From Isurus oxyrinchus (taxonomy: Eukaryota): 64,000 nt of DNA. The stretch lies in contig JANJGN010000052.1 in NCBI GenBank assembly GCA_026770705.1, positions 2,542,001-2,606,000 on the forward strand. Reading direction: 5' to 3'. The notes below the pieces were generated by a model. That model did not search any database. It was given only the letters and a program-made list of their open reading frames with translations, and was not told the origin of the DNA. Position numbers and translations under genes: made by a program. Below, in pieces: positions 35,901-48,600 of this stretch (position 1 is its first letter; every line of letters starts with the position of its first letter).

Positions 35901-38673
35901 GCTGTCAGGTCTTCGTTTCCAATCTCCATACTTGACGACCTTTCTCTCGCTAACTGTCCTGAACAACCCTTTTAATCGCTGAACTTCTCATTCTTTAATT
36001 GATAAATATTATATATAAATGTTACATGGATTACTTTGAAATGCAACACTTCTATTCATAAATTGCTTAGAAATTACTAAACATTCAACAGACAATGAAG
36101 CAATAGCGAAGTGAGCTCACTGTTGAAATGTAGGAAACACAGGTACTGATTTGTGCACAGCAAGATCCCGCAATCCATCGTGTGATAATGACCTGATAGT
36201 CGACTATTTTAGTGAGGTTGGTTGTTACATGTGTAGAGACTACATACCCTTTAGGGAGGTAAGCATGTCTCAATGTGGATGTGACTCCAGTCTCATACAC
36301 CAGCATGGTTAACTCTTACCTGCCCTCTGAACTGCTCTCCCAGTTTGGGACAAACCAGTGGTTCAGGAACAAGACCCCCCACCACCATCTCAAAGGGAAA
36401 CTAGTGATGGACAATAAATGTCAGCATTGCCCGAGAATGAGTATTTAAACATTGAGTGAGTGTATCGCTTCTCGAGATACATCGGAGCATCATTGTAAAC
36501 CTGTAGTGCAGTAATTAATGGCTGTTTTTACAGGTAGAGACTCCAGTAAATGGACAGTAGGATTGTTCACGGCTGGGATCATGTTGAGTGTTTTCCTGGC
36601 TGGAATCTTCATCTTCATCTGTGTGAGAAAGTAAGTCTGAAGATTTAACTTGATTTTAATATAAACATTTGCTTCAATGTTCTTTCCTTAAGTCGGTGAT
36701 TGTTTCTCTTGGGATCAGCACCAGGTCCCTCTCTGTAAGTGATCCCTGTGTCCACTCTGATCCGGAGAGAACCTTTCATTGTCCTGTATCCAGTAAACAA
36801 TCACGAGACCCAGAGATTCCTCACTCTGCACGATTACTCCTGGATAAATATTTGCTTCAATGTTCTTTCCTGAAGTCGGTGATTGTTTCCCTTGTGTTAA
36901 GCGCCAGATGCCTCTCCGTAACTGGTCACTTTGTCCCTTATTATCCAGAGAGTGTTTTTCATTGCCCGTTATCCAGATGAATAATAATCAGTTGCTGTGA
37001 TCTGGAAGGTGCTGCCTGAAAGGGCGGTGGAAGCAGATTCAATAGGAACTTTCAAAAGGGGAATTGGATAAATACTTGAAGGGGGAAAATTTGAAGGGCT
37101 ACGGGGGGAAGAGCAGGGATGGAGGGGTCAGGCAAAATTGGATCACATGACACACTTCCATTATAGTGATATCACGCTGATATCCCTTATTGCAACTGGA
37201 GACAGTCCAGTCGTTGGTGTAAGGTTACAGTGGGCTCTGTGTCTGTGCTGCACTGACTCTCTGCTATATGATAACCACAGTGTGATATTGTGTTATTGCA
37301 GGAGAAAGACAGCGATGGAGGAGAGAGTTTTAGGGACCAGTGACATTGCATTGAGCCCCAGTCCACTCTCTGTGAAGCACCAGGTACAGGAGCTGTTTAC
37401 ACTCACTCCAAAGCTTCAATATCAGTGTGTAGACAACACGTGTCCCAGATTCCCAACCCAGTTACCCACAGATATCTACCTGTGGAGTCAGCAATGGCTC
37501 AGTAGGTAATACTGACTTTCGGTCCCTTCCCCCTCTCTCCCTCCATCACTCGCTCTTTGTCCAGAGACCTGAACACAATAATCACAAGGCACCTGATGTC
37601 ACTACTGAGGGAGTGCTGCACTGTCGGAGGGTAGGTACTGAGGGAGTGCTGCACTGTCAGAGTGTCAGTACTGAGGCAGTGCTGCACTGTCGGAGGGTCA
37701 TTACTGAGGGAGTGCTGCACTGTCGGAGGGTAGGTACTGAGGGAGTGCTGCACTGTCGGAGTGTCAGTACTGAGGCAGTGCTGCACTGTCGGAGGGTCAG
37801 TACTGATGGAGTGCTGCACTGTCGGAGGGTCAGTACTGAGGGAGTGCTGCACTGTCGGAGGGTAGGTACTGAGGGAGTGCTGCACTGTCGGAGGGTCACT
37901 ACTGAGGGAGTGCTGCACTGTCGGAGGGTAGGTACTGAGGGAGTGTTGCACTGTCGGAGTGTCAGTACTGAGGCAGTGCTGCACTGTCGGAGGGTCAGTA
38001 GTGAGGGAGTGCTGCACTGTGCGAGGGTCAGTACTGAGGGAGCGCTGCACTGTCAAATAGTCAATATTCAAGTGGTGCTGCCTTCTCGAAGAGGCAGTTG
38101 TGAGGGAGTGCCGCACTGTCAGAAGCCAGCACTGAGAGTACATTGTAGTGTTCAAGGTGCTGTCTTTCAGAACAGTTGTATAATGCTGACCATGTTTACC
38201 CTCTCAGGTGGTCGTATAAGATCCCACGGCCACATTTCCAACACTATAGCAGTGACACCCTTCAACAAAAATTTCTTCATTTGCGTGAGGTTCTTTGGAT
38301 GTCTTTGAAAAAAAGGGTTAAACGCTCTGAGCCACGACTGACACTAACGAGGCTGCACAATAATTTAACCCTATCAGTGCCAGTAAATGATGTGAGGATG
38401 TCTTCTGTTTCCATTTCTCTGTAGGGTAAACAGAACGTGCTGATTACTGAGCCCCGGAACACAACCAGAGACACAACTAGTGAGGGGGAGACCCCAGCTC
38501 CCCGGGGTCTCTCTGAAGGTCCAGTGGGAGGTGATGCTGGACATGGGAATCCTGACAAACCCGACGAGATTCTCTACGCCAACATCAACTTTTCAAAGCT
38601 GCCCAGCGGTGACAGGACTGTGCACAGGAGCGAGGACACAGAATACGCACAGATCAGGTTCCAGAAAAACTGA
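18516..38673 (+). CDS. Siglec-like gene B: inhibitory-type, V + C2 + 8 repeated C2, TM, ITIM + ITSM-like tail (about 1129 aa)
   Basis: join(18516-18555, 21981-22349, 24755-25051, 25599-25880, 26766-27047, 27822-28103, 28843-29124, 32509-32790, 33598-33879, 34662-34943, 35435-35716, 36534-36630, 37302-37383, 38425-38673) = 3390 nt, open, all GT-AG. Requires skipping 24015-24383. Confidence 0.85.
21981..22349 (+). CDS. Gene B Siglec V-set domain exon with the essential Arg (codon 22286-22288)
   Basis: SCVQIPC (two Cys), W in strand C, GDCSL Cys in strand E, and [10 protein letters not shown] with Arg in place of an F-strand Cys: the Siglec signature. Confidence 0.93.
22980..23955 (-). mobile_element. 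CR1 RT/3' fragment, interrupted by a short Penelope-derived piece (about 23745-23881)
   Basis: Minus strand reads as CR1 C-terminal remnants ([10 protein letters not shown]; [11 protein letters not shown]). 23745-23881 resembles the Penelope terminus at about 29650-29750. Confidence 0.7.
24015..24383 (+). pseudogene. Duplicated V-set exon with an in-frame TAG at 24311-24313
   Basis: Same length (369 nt) and splice sites as 21981-22349; TAT>TAG at the Tyr of YFFR; an extra Cys (YPSCLEN). Confidence 0.9.
24755..25051 (+). CDS. Gene B second Ig (Siglec linker C2) exon
   Basis: [39 protein letters not shown]; the extra Cys fits the Siglec V-C2 interdomain disulfide; phase 1-1. Confidence 0.9.
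25599..25880 (+). CDS. Gene B repeated C2 exon 1
   Basis: 282 nt, AG/GT, phase 1-1, open. Confidence 0.88.
26766..27047 (+). CDS. Gene B repeated C2 exon 2
   Basis: 282 nt, AG/GT, phase 1-1, open. Confidence 0.88.
27822..28103 (+). CDS. Gene B repeated C2 exon 3
   Basis: 282 nt, AG/GT, phase 1-1, open (YLC variant). Confidence 0.88.
28843..29124 (+). CDS. Gene B repeated C2 exon 4
   Basis: 282 nt, AG/GT, phase 1-1, open. Confidence 0.88.
29649..31973. mobile_element. Penelope-like retroelement insertion with an inverted duplication and a 13-bp TSD
   Basis: GIY-YIG domain [26 protein letters not shown] (31107-31436) and RT C-terminus [18 protein letters not shown] (30685-). 29649-30620 is the reverse complement of about 31000-31935. 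gtaattacagcgt at 29636-29648 and 31974-31986. Confidence 0.92.
31835..31873 (+). ncRNA. Minimal type I hammerhead-ribozyme-like motif of the Penelope element; mirror copy 29713-29751 (-), partial copy about 23843-23881 (-)
   Basis: agtt-CTGTCGA-a-gggtc(atgag)gactc-GAAAC-GTC-aact: stem I agtt/aact, stem II gggtc/gactc, palindromic ACGT. The core deviates from CUGAUGA here; the 23843 copy has CTGATGA. Confidence 0.6.
32509..32790 (+). CDS. Gene B repeated C2 exon 5
   Basis: 282 nt, AG/GT, phase 1-1, open. Confidence 0.88.
33598..33879 (+). CDS. Gene B repeated C2 exon 6
   Basis: 282 nt, AG/GT, phase 1-1, open. Confidence 0.88.
34662..34943 (+). CDS. Gene B repeated C2 exon 7
   Basis: 282 nt, AG/GT, phase 1-1, open. 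Confidence 0.88.
35435..35716 (+). CDS. Gene B repeated C2 exon 8
   Basis: 282 nt, AG/GT, phase 1-1, open. Confidence 0.88.
36534..36630 (+). CDS. Gene B transmembrane exon [33 protein letters not shown]
   Basis: 97 nt, phase 1-2, uncharged hydrophobic helix. Confidence 0.9.
37302..37383 (+). CDS. Gene B cytoplasmic exon 1
   Basis: 82 nt, phase 2-0, paralogous to 4839-4920. Confidence 0.82.
38425..38673 (+). CDS. Gene B terminal exon with ITIM ILYANI (38569-38586) and ITSM-like TEYAQI (38638-38655)
   Basis: Matches (I/V/L/S)xYxx(L/V/I) and TxYxxI, the arrangement seen in CD33-related Siglecs. Confidence 0.88.
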   Translation, partial: GKQNVLITEPRNTTRDTTSEGETPAPRGLSEGPVGGDAGHGNPDKPDEILYANINFSKLPSGDRTVHRSEDTEYAQIRFQKN

Positions 38674-38867
38674 GTGTGAAACAGGGAGTGGGGCTGTGGG
38701 GTGTGTGCAGCCAACATGGCCAAATAGTAATGAACACAAATATGATGTTGCTCAACTTTTTTTTTATTGGTTCTGAGTGAGCTTTCTGAATGCTGTACCT
38801 TTTTCCATGCTGTAAAAGATTGTGAGAAGCTTATGAATTATCTATAATTTTACATCTGTTAATACAA

Positions 38868-40915
38868 GGTGAGGTGAGAGTGACTGCCTTTGACATCAAG
38901 GCTGCATTTAACCGAGTGTGGCATCTAGGATCCCGAGCAAAACTGGAGTCAATGTGAATCAGGGGTGGTACGAAAGTATAATAATTTGCATACTATTTTC
39001 CTGGTTTGTTGTAAACTAGGTTTCTGGGTGTGAGTGTAGATGTGTCTGTCTGTGTAGTTTAATTACATCTGGAGACAGGTACACTGCAAGTTTGAGATTA
39101 TCAAAAGAAGCTAGATGTAGAAATGTACTTGAAATGCTAATGAGAACACATGGAGTCTGCCTTAGCATGTAAGGTGTGAAGGGGTTGTTTAGATTTCAAA
39201 GGGATGTCGGTCTGTTTAGGACAAGCCCAATAAGCAAAGCTAAGGAGTTTTTTTTTAATTTTACCCAAACTTCATTGACAATATTGGCAACATGAAAGTT
39301 TATATTATGGGAAAGGTACAGTTCCAAAGAATTTACACATCAAAGAGAGAGAAACATGTATAAAGGAGAATGAAAGGCTATGTTGGGGGCCATGTAAGAT
39401 CTAACAGGAGTGTGTGAAACAGGCTTGAAGAAGCCTCCAGGCATTTGTGCGTAAGTCTGTTATGTTCAGTAAATAAAGTTGGAGAAACCCGTTTAGAATT
39501 CCAGTGTCAAGTGTGTGCTGTGTTAACTCGCTGGTTTTGTTTTTAATCTAAAATCTTATGTTGGACTGTTGCCTTAAACGGGCTCTGTAACTGGGAGTCA
39601 GGTTAATTAGGAATTTGAGAATTTATTTTAGCTGTAACTAACCGTGGTATTATGTCTGTGCTTGAAATCTTTTATTTTGTTAATAAATATCTTAATCCAA
39701 TTTTTAAAATCTCTAAAGGTTGTGGTCAACTCATTACTCCTGAATTCAGTGCACGCTTCTTGTAATAAATACAAATTGCAAAACTATTGTGATAGAATGA
39801 CCAATTTTCCCTTGTGGATTTGGAGCACCAAGCACACATCATCTGCCATGTCATGTCACAGGGAAAACTCTCCACTCGTTGGATTCATACCAAGTACAAA
39901 GGAAGGTGGTTGTGGTTGTTGGAGGTCAGTCATCTCAGTTCCAGGATATCACTGCAGGAGTTGCTCAGGGTAGTGTCCTAGGCCCAACCATCTTCAGCTG
40001 CTTCATCAATGACATTCATTCTATCACATGGTCAGAATTATGGATGGTCGCTGATGATTGCACAACGTTCAACATCATTCATGACTCATCAGATGCTGAA
40101 GCAGTCCATGTCCAAATGCAGCAAGACCTGGACAATATCCAGGCTTGGCCTGACAAGTGGCAAGTAACATTCATGCCACACAAGTGCCAGGCAATGAACA
40201 TCTCCAACCAGAGAGATTATATCCAACTCCCCTTAATGTCCAATGGCATTACCATTGCTGAATCCCCCACTATCAACACGCTGGGAGTTAACATTGACTA
40301 GAAACTGAACTGGACTAGACATATAAATACTGTGACTACAAGAGCAGGCCAGAGGCTGGGAATCCTGTGGTGAGTAACTCACCTCCTGACTCCCCAAAGC
40401 CTGTCCACCAACCTTAAGGCACAGGTCAGGAGTGTGATGGAATACTCTCCACCTGCCTAGATGAGTCCAGCTCCAACAACACTCAAGATGCTCGACACCG
40501 TCCAGGACAAAGCAGGCCTGCTTGATTTGCACCCCATCCACAAACATTCTCTCCCTCTACAACTGACGCACAGTGTGTGTACCATCTACAAGATGCAACG
40601 CAGCGATTCACCAAGCCTCCTTAGACAGCACCTTCCAAACACATGACCACTAACATCTAGAAGGACAAGGGCAGCAGACACATGGGAACACCACCACCTG
40701 GAAGTTCCCCTCGAAGTCACTCAACATCCTGACTTGGAAATATATCACCGTTCCTTCACTGTCGCTGGGTCAGAATCCTGCAACTCCCTCCCAAACAGTT
40801 CTGTGGGTGTACATACACCACAGGGACTGCAACAGCTCAAGAAGGCAGCTCACCCCCATATTCTCAAGGACAATTAGGGATGGGCAATAAATTCTGGCCT
40901 AGCCAGTGTCAGTGA
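38868..40915 (+). mobile_element. LINE RT and 3' end inserted downstream of gene B, with a nested solo LTR at 38966-39860
   Basis: AFDIKAAF..; QGSVLGPTIFSCFIND..ADD RT motifs (39879-40301). The nested element has TG..CA ends and gggg/ggga flanks. Sequence either side aligns with about 13250-13680 downstream of gene A. Confidence 0.85.
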
Positions 40916-41339
40916 ATGAATACAAAAAAGAAGCAATTAAAATGCCCTGACATTTCTGTACATTTTTATCAAATTAAATACGTACTCTAGTGAATAATTT
41001 CATTCTCCAAGGCACCACTTCCTGTTGTCACATGCCCTTCTGATTATTTAAATTCCTGTGTCATTGGTAATGGAACATTCCCATGTAAACATGTCACACT
41101 GTAATTACAGCCTCCTGCCAGTGGTGGTGCTCTAGTGTCATAATTTTGCTTCTCAGAGACTGGAGGAGCTGTATGCTTTGTGTTTACAATATGAGTAACA
41201 CTCAGGGGTGACCAGGGAGATTCTTTTGGCCAAGTTTACGATGTTGCTAAGATACAATGGCCCCGTGGGATTTTTCCTACTGCGTTTACAATGTTGAATT
41301 GAAGAGATTTTTGAAGTGCCTGGCACAGTTTTATTAAGG

Positions 41340-41555
41340 TCCCTGCACACCCAATCTGGAGTCACTGGGTTCAGTTCTGAGTCCAGCAGCTTAGGAAGGA
41401 TATATTGTCCTTGGAGGGGGTGCTGTGCAGTGTCACCAGGATGATCCCGGAGCTGAAAGGGTTAAATCCCGAGGACAGGTTGCACAGACCAGGCTTGTGT
41501 TCCCTCGAGTCTCGAAGATTAAGGGGTGATCTAATCGAGGGGTTTAAGATGAGCC
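41340..41555 (+). mobile_element. CR1 3' coding fragment
   Basis: TRMIPELKGLNPEDRL..SLESRRLRGDLIE. Confidence 0.75.
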
Positions 41556-44085
41556 GTCTCTGTGACCTTCTTCAACCCTGTGAGTCAGCAATGACAACAT
41601 GAGTTGATGTTAGCCTGATATGTAGTGCATGGAGGGATATTACTCTCCAGGGTGTGTGTGCATCACAGTGCTCATTCACATGTGTTCCATGTGCACCTAC
41701 ATCAGCTGTGTAGACATACAAGCCTCAATGCTGCATCCGGGGAACGTACCATGTCTCACACCTTTGCTGCAGCACGACCCTTCCCTTGGAGCTCTGTGTG
41801 CTCGAGACATATTTTGTTATTTTTTCCTGCCGTCTCTGTGTCCCCCGACCCGGGAGTGAAAATCCGGCCTTAACTTCCACTTTCTAGTGTCTGAGACAAG
41901 AGGCAATGAGTGAGTGGGCTGACAGTCAGGATTAATGCTGTTAATCTGTGTTTGAGGGGCTGTGAATTCTCGGGGGACTAGTTACTCTCTGAGCTGCAGC
42001 TTCCAAATCCTTATTTGATGCCGTGCATGTGGGGTTGGAAGATTTTTTTTAAAACCACAGGCAGTTCACAGAAACCCACAGGAAACCCACAGAGAGACAG
42101 TCACTGAGAAAGTCACTCACTCCTTGTGGTTTCACCTTTTAACCACATCCTGTCTGTGTGGCTTAAATGTTAAACACACCGGCCACACTCAGGGAGGTTT
42201 CACTCTGTGAAGCGCTTGCTCTCTCTCTCACAAACACACACACAGACACACACACACAGACACATACACAGACACACCCATACACACATACTCACATACA
42301 GAGACACACACACTCACTCACACACACACACAGACACGCACACACACGTACACAAACAGACATACACATGCTCACACACATACACAAACACACATACACA
42401 CGCTCACACACTTACAGACAGACACANNNNNNNNNNNNNNNNNNNNNNNNNNNNNNNNNNNNNNNNNNNNNNNNNNNNNNNNNNNNNNNNNNNNNNNNNN
42501 NNNNNNNNNNNNNNNNNNNNNNNNNNNNNNNNNNNNNNNNNNNNNNNNNNNNNNNNNNNNNNNNNNNNNNNNNNNNNAGACAGACACAAACACACTCACA
42601 TTCTCACACACACACAGACACTCACTTACACACACCCAAACACACACCCAAAGACAATATCCTGACAGCAAACTGTGATTTAGAGCTTCCTACAACTTAA
42701 CTAACTGACCAAAGATGTATTGAACTGTCTAAAAGTGACCTGTTTTGCAAAGAAATACAAGATTGTACACAGATCAAAAATGGCTGACACAAGTCATCTG
42801 ATAGCTGATACTGTGAAGTTGATCACTTCTCTGGAAAAGTTCAAATGAATTGCACTGCAGACCTGTTGCAGGAAGGTCACGCCTGGGGTGTGTCAGGGTT
42901 CACTGCAAACAGGGACACTCTTAAAAGGAAAGCATTAAAATGCAAAGTGCTGGACTTTGAGCAGCTGTAGTTCTATCAAAACAGTGGGAACTGCTCACCA
43001 AGCGGATAATCATCAGCCATTCAAAACCCCCTGTGGAGGATGCAATACCCCCATCTCCTGTTGATTTATATCTTGAAATGCATCAAATGTTTTGGAGATG
43101 CAAAGATAAAAAACGTGAATACTTGGCCTTTAACAATGAATGCAAAACATGCTGATTGAATTCCCTTCAGGAATATACAGACAGGAGTTTAACAAATGGT
43201 TCTGCCAAGCAGATATAAGAGAAAGGAGGAGGAAAAAGAAATATGGCAGTCATCTAAAAACCCTGCTAGAAAAGAACAGAAATGATTTCTCCCTCTATCC
43301 CTGTCTCTCTCTCTCGCACCTTCTTTCTCTCTGTCTGTCTGAAGCTAACAGAGTGTCTTCAATCATGTGCAAGTCTGAGCCAGATGAAATACAGGATTCT
43401 ACAGCAAACCAACTAATTTAAAACAGCTCCAAACTTCACAAACTATGCTGCAGTATAATAACTCTTTGATTTTTTTTTTAATTGGGCTCCATAATTATTT
43501 TACCTCTGATATCTATGTGTGTGTTTGTGTGTCTGTGTGTGTGTGTGTGTGTGTGTGTTTGTGTGTGTACCTTCCTGTGTGAGCGTGTGTGTGTGTCTGT
43601 GCCTGTCTGTGTGTGGGTGTCAGTGTGGTGTGTGTCTGTGCTTGTCTGTGTTTGTGTGCGTTTGTGTGTGTATGCGTGTGCACCTGTGTGTCTGTGTGTG
43701 TGGGCCTGCGTGTGAGTGTGTGTATGTGTGCCTGTGTGTGAGCGTGTGTATGTGTGCCTGTGTGTGAGCGTGTGTATGTGTGCCTGTGTGTGAGCGTGTG
43801 TATGTGTGCCTGTGTGTGAGCGTGTGTATGACTTGTTGTGGAAATTGCATTTGGGGGAAACTATATTTTAAACCCTTTTTGCAACCAACCATGGGGGTTG
43901 AATAGAAAGGGAGCCAGTTCACTGCCCGTCACCCAGTTGTAACAACATTCACACACACACACACTCTCACACACACACTCTCACACGCACACATTCACAC
44001 ACACCCACATCCACTTACCCACACACAAACACACACAAACAAAGATAATGTCCCACTGACAGGAAACTGCGACTGAGTGACAGCA

Positions 44086-45030
44086 TGTCAGGAATATATA
44101 ATAATCTCCATAATGTTATTGGAATTTATTGTAAAATAGAGTCCATGTGTCTGTGTCCACATGTGTCTGTGATGTGTTTGTGTGAGACTTATTGGAATTA
44201 GAGGAAGCTGGTCTGGGTGTTTTGATGGAAGAAGAGAAGTTAGGTTTGAACTGTTTATTAGGTAAACATGGGGAAGTTTTAGAATGTGAAGTGTAAAGGG
44301 GGCAATTTGCATTTTAAGTTAAACCAAACGAGATTGTTTTCAAAGAAGGAGAGAAATGTGTCACCGAGCCAGGTGAAGATAAGAAACAGTGTGTTTATTT
44401 TTGCCAAAGATTACTGGTAAAACTTAGGGCTATGAGAAATTTGTATTATTACAAAGATAAAGTCCAAAGACATAGTGAAACAATGGGAATTTGCATTCAA
44501 AGGGGAAAATATGTATCAAGGAGTGAAGACTGTGTGTAAGGGTCGGTGTTTTTAAGATCTTACAATGGTGAAAAGCCTTCAGACTGCATGTACCAAGCTG
44601 CTGCCTCCAGGGACTGAAGTTAAGAGAATTCACTTTGAACTCAACTGTTCAGCGTATCGTTTACTGTTCCTGGGACATTTAAAATCTCTGTCTTTTACTG
44701 TTGCCTTAACAGAGATAACAGAGCGTCTTCAACAAAATGCAAATCTGAATCAAATAACCACCAGGATGCCACAGGTAACCAATTAACTTTGAACAGCTAC
44801 AAACTTCAGCAATCTACGCCTCAAAGACAAGCAAAGGTATTAATCATATATTCTTTCAAATTTTTGTCGGACTCTAACTTTTTAATTCTGACGTGTGTAA
44901 ATGGAAGTTAAATTAATTAAGGGATTTAGAAGTTATTATAGTAGTAATTTATAGACAGATGTGTATGCTTAAAAATCATTTTTTCTTGTTAATCAATGTT
45001 TAATTTAGTTTTATAAAATCCTCTTACACT
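44086..45030. mobile_element. LTR-like repeat related to the 38966-39860 / 16598-17426 family
   Basis: Shares segments (ttggaattagaggaagctggtctgggtgttttgatg; gggaatttgcattcaaagggga) with the reverse complement of about 17040-17330. Confidence 0.55.
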
Positions 45031-45558
45031 GAAAAAAGGGTGTACTCTATTGTAAAGTGTTCTGGGACATCCAGAGACCATGCTGTACAGAAGAGATTTG
45101 ACAGGAGCAGCAAGTGTTTTACTTACAGGAGAATGAGTCCCCAGGGTTGTAGAGTCAATCCTGTCAGATGAATGACTAACTGGAGACACTTCAGGGAGCT
45201 GATCTAATTCTGGAAATGTTCAGTTTACCAGGATCGGAGGAGAGATGATCTTCCTCTCCTGACTGCATCGGACACGAGGTGAACTGGCTCTGGGAGGAGG
45301 GTCAGTGTTAACCCAGTTTTTCTGTGTTTGAGGGAGATGTGAAACTGGGGAAGTCACGTGGTTTTTTGGTGTGGTCACTCCATGTCTTTATTTGGTGCAG
45401 CACTCATTTAGTTCATGTCGTTGTTTCAATGCTACAAAACCACAACGCATTCTGGACTATTTCTGCCTGACCTGCTGTCAGATACACACAGTCTGACAGA
45501 GAGGTGGAAAAGTGGTCCCTAGCAACGTGTGTAACTGTGAACTTGGCTCAGTCAGAAT

Positions 45559-45614
<56 letters not shown>

Positions 45615-48600
45615 TCACACACATACACAATACACACATTTTCTCTCATTCATTCTCTTAAACACACACACTCCCTCTCAAACACGCACACGCTCTCTCG
45701 CACACTCCTTCTCTCAAACACATACACCCTCTCAAACACACACACACACGCTCTCACGCACACGCTCTCTCACATACACACTCTCTCTTTCACACACACA
45801 CTATCTAACACACACAGATTCTCTCTCTATCTTTCTCTCTCACACATAAACTCTCTCTCTGACACAAACATTCCCTTTCTCTCACACACACTCTCTCTCT
45901 CACACAATTAAGCTACCTCCCTCTCTCATGCACACACACTCTACCTCTCTTTTGCTCTCTCACACATTTTCTCTTTCTCTCTATCCTTCTCTCTCGCATA
46001 CATACGCACTGTCACTCTCTCACACACACATTGTCTCTCTTTCTCACACACGCACTCACTCTCTCTCTCTCTCTCTCCAAGACAGCAGGTTGGGGTTTTC
46101 AAACCGTCTCAAGGTTTCAGCTCAAAACCCAGATGGACTCTCCCTAGTAAGGGAGTGCTGAGGGAGTGCTGCACTGTTGGAGGGTCAATATTGAGGGAGT
46201 GCTGCACTGTCAGAGGGTCAGTACTGAGGGAGTGCTGCACTGTCAGGAGGTCAGTACTGAGGGAGACCTTGCTCTATCAAAGGGTCAGTACTGAGGCAGT
46301 GCTGAACTGTTGGAGGGTCAGTACTGAGGGAATGATGCACTGTCGGAGGGTCAGTACTGAGGGAGTACTGCACTGTCGGAGGCTCAGTGCTGAGGGAGTG
46401 CTGCACTGTCGGAGGGTGAGCGCAGAGGGAATGCTGCTCTGTCAGACTTGCCATATTTCAGATGATGTTTGAAATTAGCAACATGCCTCATGTATAATTA
46501 TCTATCATCAGCTCAAAATAAATAGATTATTCCTGTACGTTTCACTTTACTGTAAATTGTTGTCAGTTTCATTTCCTTAGAAACCAGGCTTGTGTGATCA
46601 CTATTTTTAAATAACGTTAATAATTAAGATGTGACAATACACACACACACAGATACACACACAGACTCACACACACAGACACAGACACACACAAACACCC
46701 TCACACACAGACACAGACACACAGACACATAAACACACNNNNNNNNNNNNNNNNNNNNNNNNNNNNNNNNNNNNNNNNNNNNNNNNNNNNNNNNNNNNNN
46801 NNNNNNNNNNNNNNNNNNNNNNNNNNNNNNNNNNNNNNNNNNNNNNNNNNNNNNNNNNNNNNNNNNNNNNNNNNNNNNNNNNNNNNNNNNNNNNNNNNNN
46901 NNNNNNNNNNNNNNACTCAGACACAAACACACACACTCACATATGTTCACACTGACACACGCTCACACAGGCAGACACACTCATACTCACACAGACAGGC
47001 AGAGAGACAGACACACACACACACACATGTCAGAAATAAAAAGGTGGAGCCAATAAAAATTTAAAAGAATATATGATTGATAGCTTTGCTTGTCTTTGAG
47101 GTGTAGATTGTTGAAGTCTGTGTGAGCATGAGTGTGTCTGCCTGCGCGAGCGTGTGTCAGTGTGAACATATGTGAGTGTGTGTGTGTGTCTGAGTGAGTC
47201 TATNNNNNNNNNNNNNNNNNNNNNNNNNNNNNNNNNNNNNNNNNNNNNNNNNNNNNNNNNNNNNNNNNNNNNNNNNNNNNNNNNNNNNNNNNNNNNNNNN
47301 NNNNNNNNNNNNNNNNNNNNNNNNNNNNNNNNNNNNNNNNNNNNNNNNNNNNNNNNNNNNNNNNNNNNTATTGTTGCATCTTAATTATTAATGTTATTTA
47401 AAAATAGTGATCACACAAGCCTGGTTTCTAAGGAAATGAAACTGCCAACAATTTAGAGTAAAGTGAAACGTACAGGAATAATCTATTTATTTTGAGCTGA
47501 TGATATATAATTATACATGAGGCATGTTGTTAATTTCAAACATCATCTGAAATATGGCAGGTCTGACAGAGCAGCTTTCCCTCAGCGCTCACCCTCCGAC
47601 AGTGCAGTACTCCCTCAGTACTGACCCTCTGACAGTGCAGCACTCCCTCAGTACTGACCCTCCGACAGTTCAGCACTGCCTCAGTACTGACCCTTTGATC
47701 GAGCAGGGTCTCCCTCAGTACTGACCTCCTGACAGTGCAGCACTCCCTCAGTACTCACCCTCTGACAGTGCAGCACTCCCTCAATATTGACCTTCCAACA
47801 GTGCAGCACTCCCTCAGCACTCCCTCACTGGGGAGAGTCCATCTGGTTTTGAGCTGTAACCTTGAGATTGTTTGAAAACCCCAACCGTCTGTCTTGGAGA
47901 GAGAGAGAGAGAGAGAGAGTGAGTGCGTGTGTGAGAAAGAGAGACAATGTGTGTGTGAGAGAGTGACAGTGCGTATGTGTGCGAGAGAGAAGGATAGAGA
48001 GAAAGAGAAAATGTGTGAGAGAGCAAAAGAGAGGTAGAGTGTGTGTGCATGAGAGAGAGAGGTAGCTTAATTGTGGAGAGAGAGAGTGTGTGTGAGAGAA
48101 AGGGAATGTTTGTGTTAGAGAGAGAGCTTATGTGTGAGAGAGAAAGATAGAGAGAGAATCTGTGTATGTTAGATAGTGTGTGTGTGAAAGAGAGAGTGTG
48201 TATGTGAGAGAGCGTGTGCATGAGAGCGTGTGTGTGTGTGTTTGAGAGAGAGGGTGTATGTGTTAGAGAGAGGGAGTGTGCGAGAGAGGGTGTGCATGTT
48301 TGAGAGGGAGTGTGTGTGTTTAAAAGAATGAACAAGAGAAAATGTGTGTGTGAGTGTGAGTGTGTGTGTGTGTTTGTGTGTGTGTGTGTATGTGTGTGCA
48401 TTCTGACTGAGTCGAGTTCACAGTTTCACACGTTGCTAGGGATCACTTTTCCACCTCTCTGTCAGACTGTGTGTATCTGACAGCAGGTCAGGCAGAAATA
48501 GTCCAGAATGCGCTGTGGTTTTGTAGCATTGAAACAACGACAGGAACTAAATGAGTGCTGCACCAAATAAAGACATGGAGTGACCACACCAAAAAACCAC

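Noticed and set aside
18516-38673. Assigning a symbol such as CD22, MAG, SIGLEC1 or CD33
   Set aside because: Family membership is clear, but orthology cannot be set without phylogeny and synteny.
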